In this document: positions 58,665 to 64,000 of the stretch, one piece after another
Position numbering within the stretch: position 1 is the stretch's first letter
How the letters are laid out: each line of letters begins with the position of its first letter
Source: Vitrella brassicaformis CCMP3155
Lineage: Eukaryota > Protista > Chromerida
Length of the DNA: 64,000 bases
Direction: 5' to 3'
NCBI GenBank assembly: GCA_001179505.1
Contig: CDMY01000301.1
Span: 1 to 64,000, forward strand
Position numbers and translations under genes: made by a program
Notes under the pieces: generated by a model
Seen by the model: only the letters and a program-made list of their open reading frames with translations
Told to the model about the DNA's origin: nothing
The model's database searches: none

Positions 58665-61600
58665 ATGCCAGACTGTCTCGCACCGCTGTCACGGCGGCTA
58701 TGGCAAGCAGGCCTTAGCGGCTCCTGCAGGCTCAAGGCCGCCAGATCCTGTCGCTATGGATTCTCGCGATTCTGCAGCTCCGCTGCCCCAGCTCAAGAGA
58801 AGCCAAAGCCAGAGCCTTGGAACATTGTAAGGCGTACAGGAAGGGTTGCTTTGCAAAAGGACGTGTTGCACTGACGTGTGTTTCAGAAAACGATCGGATG
58901 CCCCAAGGAGACCTTCCCGAACGAGAAGCGAGTGGCACAGTCCCCCGATACAGTGCAGCAGCTGACAAAGAAGGGTTTCAAGGTACCACATCATTCGCAG
59001 ACAAAAGTGGAGACGCGCGGCCTTTGCTTCCCATGCACGCTGTTTCCTCGCAGGTGATTGTCGAATCAGGTGCGGGCGTCGATGCCAGCTTCAGTGACGA
59101 AAAATACAAGGCAGCCGGTGCTACCGTCAGCAGTGCGAAGAAGGAAGTCTTTGGGGCGGATCTCCTGGTCAAAGGTATGCAGGAGATGAGATTTGTTTGT
59201 TTCACAAACTCGCTGCTGCTGTCAGTTCGCGCACCGCAGCAGGATGAGTTCGATCTCCTTAAGGAGGTCAGGGACCGTATCATTTGTCTGACACAATCAC
59301 GTTCCGCATGATTGGTTGTCGGTACGCCCGTTGTTGCAGGGGGGATCCCTTATTTCGTTCATTTATCCTGGCCAGAACAAGGATCTGCTCGACAGCCTTG
59401 CGAAAAAGAAGATGACCGTAATGGGGATGGATTGCGTGCCGAGGATCACAAGGGCTCAAGTTTTCGACGCGCTCAGCAGCATGTCGAACATTGCAGGTCC
59501 AAATGGCGCTTTTTCACTGCCTCGATTCGGGACGGCCTTCTTTCCTGTTTCTCATTCGTTACTCATCAGGCTACAAGGCAGTTGTCGAAGCAGCCCACCA
59601 TTTTGGCCGGTTTTTTGCTGGGCAGGTAGGATGAGGAAGGCTAGTGTCATGCCTGAGCGCCTTGTTTCACTGTTAGATGACAGCAGCCGGCCGGCTTCCA
59701 CCTGCGAAGGTCCTTATCATCGGTGGAGGTACGCATAGCAGCGCAAATGTAGTACGATGGATAGTTGTGGATGTCTGGGTGTCTGGGTTTGTTTGACAGG
59801 TGTGGCAGGACTGTCTGCAATCGCCACAGTGCGTGAGCGGGCCATGTACACTAGAGAAAAGGGAAAAACACATCTCTTGCCTGCTGAACCAGGCTCGCAA
59901 TCTGGGCGCGATTGTTCGATGCTTCGACACTCGGTGGGTCACTGAGTCCCGAGAACGCTGAATGACGGTAGCAGAAAGCGTTTTTCTCGCAGACCCGCGG
60001 TAAAAGAGCAAGTGGAGTCGCTTGGTGGCGAGTTTCTCGAGCTAGGGCCTCCATTCAAACTCGTAAGGAAAGTACTTCGATGTGCATGTTGGGTTGCGAG
60101 TGACATCCGCTCAACAGGAGGAGGGGGCAGGCGGATACGCCAAGGAGATGACGAAAGAGTTCATTGAGGCAGAACACAACCTCTTCGCTCAACAATGCAA
60201 GGAAGTCGACATCGTCGTCACGACCGCGCTGATTCCAGGTGCCAGATCAGTTGTTTGGAGAGAATAACGACAGAACATGCTTGGCCACCCGTTGCGATGT
60301 CAAGGCAAACCTGCTCCCAAGCTCATCCTCAAGGAGCACGTCGATGGCATGAAGGAAGGCTCTGTCATTGTTGATCTCGCTGCGGAAGCTGGTAAATCGC
60401 TGAGCACATTCCGTGCGCGTCAGCTTACGGAACGGTTCTTTTCGTGGTTCGCATGACAGGCGGAAACGTGGAGACTACGAAACCGAACGAGATTTACTCT
60501 TATCGGGGGATTGTTCACATCGTAAGAAACTCGACTTGAGGTCTGTCTGAAGCAGCTTGAGCATGTGCACTGATTGGTCTTTTCAGGGCGTTGCGGACCT
60601 TCCCAGCCGCTTGTCTCAGCAGTCCTCTTCCTTATATGCCAACAACGTAACTAAATTACTCATGTCAATGATCAACAAGGTGAGAACCAAACGTCAAGCA
60701 ACACAAACGTGCGACAGGAAGTCTGGGTGCTGCACGGTCTTATGCCTCAGGAGGGGCAACTACAATACGACTTGGGAGATGACGTCGTCAGGTGCGAGAA
60801 AGACAAGACGTAGTGCCTACATTGGAAACAGGTGTTTTCAAATGTGTCAGGGGCACAACAATTCTGAGAGACGGCAAGTGAGGCTAAACAGCGAGGTCGA
60901 AGATTACTCGAATTCTATTGGCTCTTTGTTCCATCTCGTATCTCAATGGGGATTCACACAGCCTTCTCTGGCCCCCGCCGAAGCCACCAGGTACCACTTT
61001 GAGCCGCGCATAATCACCTGAAGGAAGCCTTTTGCTGTCAATACCAGGGCCGCCGCCTCAAGCTACGAAACCCAAGGTTGCTGCCGTCGAAAAGGCACCA
61101 GAGGACCCGTATCAAACCACTCTGAGCACTGCGCTCCTCACTACTGGAGGTCATGGGAAAACTGAGAAACAAGCCCATCTCAAGACAGCGAACGTCTCTT
61201 TGCTCCTGTGATTTCGCAGGCACCGGGTCCATGGTCGCGTTGGGCATGTTGTCGTCTGACCCTGCATTTTCTACGATGATGTCGACGTTCGCCCTCGCTG
61301 GAGCTGCAGGGTGAGACCATCATCGACATGGGGACGCATCATCGATCCATTGCTATCCGTAGATATCAAGTCGTCTGGGGCGTTGTCCCTGCTTTGCACA
61401 CTCCTTTGATGTCCGTAACAAACGCAATCAGGTCAGCTGGTAACCAAAGACAGTCAAAGAAGTTTGTTACAGGTTTGTTTCGTTTCCTCCTTGTTTTTCC
61501 TCCAATGTTGTCAGTGGCATGACTGCGGTGGAAAAGCACAATCAAGAGAGAAATTCGCCTGTCACGCATGCGTGAGATCCGTTTCCTCGGTCAGGTGGGT

Positions 61601-64000
61601 GGACTGATGCTTCTCGGGCAAGGAGGAGGAGCCATTGCACAGCTGCTCGCAGCGACAGCAATCCTGGCGTCAACTATAAATATCGCCGGCGGCTTTCTCG
61701 TAACCCAACGAAGTATCGGCTTGCCTGCCGCACGCCCTCAGCCTCAGACACTTTGTCCACCTGTTGTACCTATCTTCAGTGCTGGACATGTTCAAGAGAC
61801 CAACCGACCCACCAGAATACAACTACCTGTATGCGGTACGCAAAACACAAACTGGCGGGACGGCACCTTCATGCTGTACATTTTTTTCTCAAAACTGCGA
61901 AGGCCCCCGGGCTTGCCCTTGCTGGTGGTTACTTGCTGGCGAATGCAGCCGGCTTCCCCTCAATGGAGCAAATGACATACCTAGCAGCATCCCTATGCTG
62001 CATCGGATCCATTGGCGGCCTGGCTTCGCAGAAATCAGCACGTTATGGAAACGCGCTTGGCATTATGGGTGTCAGCGGTGGAGTGTTGGCAACGCTTGGC
62101 ATGATGAACTTTCCAGCTGCTACACTCGCGACCGCAGCTGGACTGATGGGAGTCGGGGGAGCAGCCGGCGTCGCAGTCGGTTCGTGTAGCTTTAAATATA
62201 CCAGGCTTTTCGAACAATGTCTTTTCTGCTTGTTCAGGTCAACGTGTCCAGGTAACGGAGCTGCCTCAAACTGTCGCAGCGTTCCATTCACTGGTATGTA
62301 TATAGAGAATAATAATAATAAATAGTGTCATGCATTCCCAGGAGACATCTGCCTGCTTCAGGTTGGGTTCGCAGCCATGACGACGTCAATCGCCTCGTTC
62401 ATCATCCACCCTGACGGCACTGCAGTTCACAAGATTGGGAGCATCCTCGGTGATTTCATCGGCGGTGTGACCCTGACGGGTGAGGTATTAATGGCAACTG
62501 CACACCATTACACTCAATTTCACTGGTGTTGCATCCCTCGCTGTTCGCGTAGGCTCGCTAGTTGCCTTTGCGAAGCTGCACGGGATTATGCCATCAAAGC
62601 CACTCGCCCTTCCTAACAAAAACCTGATCAATATCGCTGCTGCAGCCGCACAAGCTGGAGGCATCGCGGCATTTATGGCAAGTGCAAGCTTTCCGCTCAA
62701 TGTCTCGTTGCTTACTGCTACTGCTGCGCTCTCGATGGTGAGTGAACGGAATTGCGACCCTGTCATCTGTAAAGTGTACTCCTCCTTGATTCAGGGCCTC
62801 GGCTACCATCTTGTTGCGTCGGTCGGTGGTGCTGACATGCCAGTTTGTATAACGGTGCTCAATTCCTACTCTGGCTGGGCTCTTGTTGCCGAGGGCTTCA
62901 TGCTCAACAATCCCTTACTGACAGTAAGAACAGCGAAGAAGAACTGGATTCATGCTTCACGGCTGCCCTGTGTGCTCCAAAGATCGTCGGATCGCTCATT
63001 GGATTCAGCGGTGGCATCCTCAGCTACATCATGTTCGTTATCATCATGAATCAGACTGACTCCTGAACTTTGCTGCTTGATTTATTGTTAAAATGTCGTA
63101 TGTCTGTACAGGTGCAAGGCAATGAATAGATCTTTGCCGGTAGGATGGTACACGCTCTGTCAGTTCCGGATTCGCAATTTGTCCTTCTGGTGACCTGTTG
63201 CAGAATGTGCTATTCGGAGGCTACCAAATAGCTGCGCCTGCGGCCGACGGCCCAAAAGTTGAGAAAGGAGAGACTCAAGAGATTAAAGTCGATTTTGCAG
63301 CAGGTGGGCTGCACTCGCACACCTCATCGGACGAATGGTCACAGGTACTGTTTTTTTTTTCTTCTTTTCTTTTGATTCGGTGAAGACCTTCTCGCCAACG
63401 CTAAGTCTGTCATCGTTGTTCCCGGTACTCTTCGGGCAGAAATCCCTTCAATCAGGCACATGTCATAGACTAAGTCGCTTGCCGACGTACGTCTTGCAGG
63501 ATACGGGATGGCCGTTGCGCGAGCGCAATATGCTTTGGCAGAACTCGCGAAGACCCTGCGGTAATTTGATGTAGACGCTCTTCGGACCGAATTTTTTACT
63601 TCTTCTGTCATTGCGGTTCCAGCGCGAATAACATTCAGGTCCGCTTTGGCATCCATCCTGTTGCTGGTCGAATGCCAGGCCAGATGAATGTTCTGCTCGC
63701 GGAGGCGGGCGTTCCATATGACTGGGTCTATGAGATGGACGAAATCAACGAAGACTTCAAAACAACAGGTGACGGCGCGATTCTTGGCGTAGGATTTGCA
63801 GAAAAGGCCTGGTGTTCTTGGCTGGAATGTTTGCATTTGACTTTATACAGACTTGGCTCTTGTTATCGGCGCAAACGGTAAGAGACATCGGGGTTTTTCT
63901 GAACCTCGGAAGACCCTGTCCCGAATGACTGGTGTCTTCTTCTTTTTCCCCCAGACATTACCAACAGCGCTGCGCAGGAAGTTCCTGGTTGTCCAATTGA
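58665..64000 (+). CDS. NNT: Proton-translocating NAD(P) transhydrogenase, single-chain alpha-beta order, with a mitochondrial-type presequence; truncated by the window end
   Basis: [20 protein letters not shown]; [19 protein letters not shown]; [12 protein letters not shown]; GGYAKEM; TTALIPG; [17 protein letters not shown]; [11 protein letters not shown]; [18 protein letters not shown]; [19 protein letters not shown]. The start may instead be an upstream exon near 58570. Confidence 0.97.

Noticed and set aside
1-64000. tRNA, rRNA or snRNA genes
   Set aside because: No recognisable cloverleaf, T-loop or rRNA signature by eye; tRNAscan-SE or Infernal would be needed to exclude them.

Overview
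Eukaryotic, intron-dense, GC-rich window with about 21 multi-exon protein genes or gene remnants and one 300-N gap (31185-31484). No rRNA, tRNA, CRISPR array or recognisable transposon was seen. An alveolin, an ApiAP2 factor, a plastid-type bipartite leader and CA/GT-microsatellite introns point to a chromerid alveolate, most likely Vitrella brassicaformis (inference, no database search run). Gene models were spliced by hand from GT/GC-AG junctions, so some ends are approximate. Gene order: Rad1; hypothetical (-); membrane protein with a C-terminal rubredoxin; AspRS; DCR2-like metallophosphoesterase (-); cyclin copy A (-); SDR (-); hypothetical (-); ApiAP2; decayed RING and kinase genes; Cdc37-N-motif protein; dynein light chain; ArfGAP-like protein (-); Ac45-like protein; alveolin (-); GH16; cyclin copy B; GBF1-type ARF-GEF (-); ARFRP1 (-); alpha-beta NAD(P) transhydrogenase (runs off the window end). 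Main observations: (1) many introns before ~55 kb have a CA/GACA-rich 5' arm and a complementary GU/CUGU-rich 3' arm, suggesting structure-based intron definition, and this pattern disappears after ~56 kb; (2) an in-frame UGA-CGG lies just before a conserved motif of an otherwise open phosphoesterase; (3) a 3.3-kb inverted duplication (cyclin plus GBF1 tail) fits a staggered-break inversion; (4) a 7-nt micro-exon carries a catalytic Glu of the GH16.
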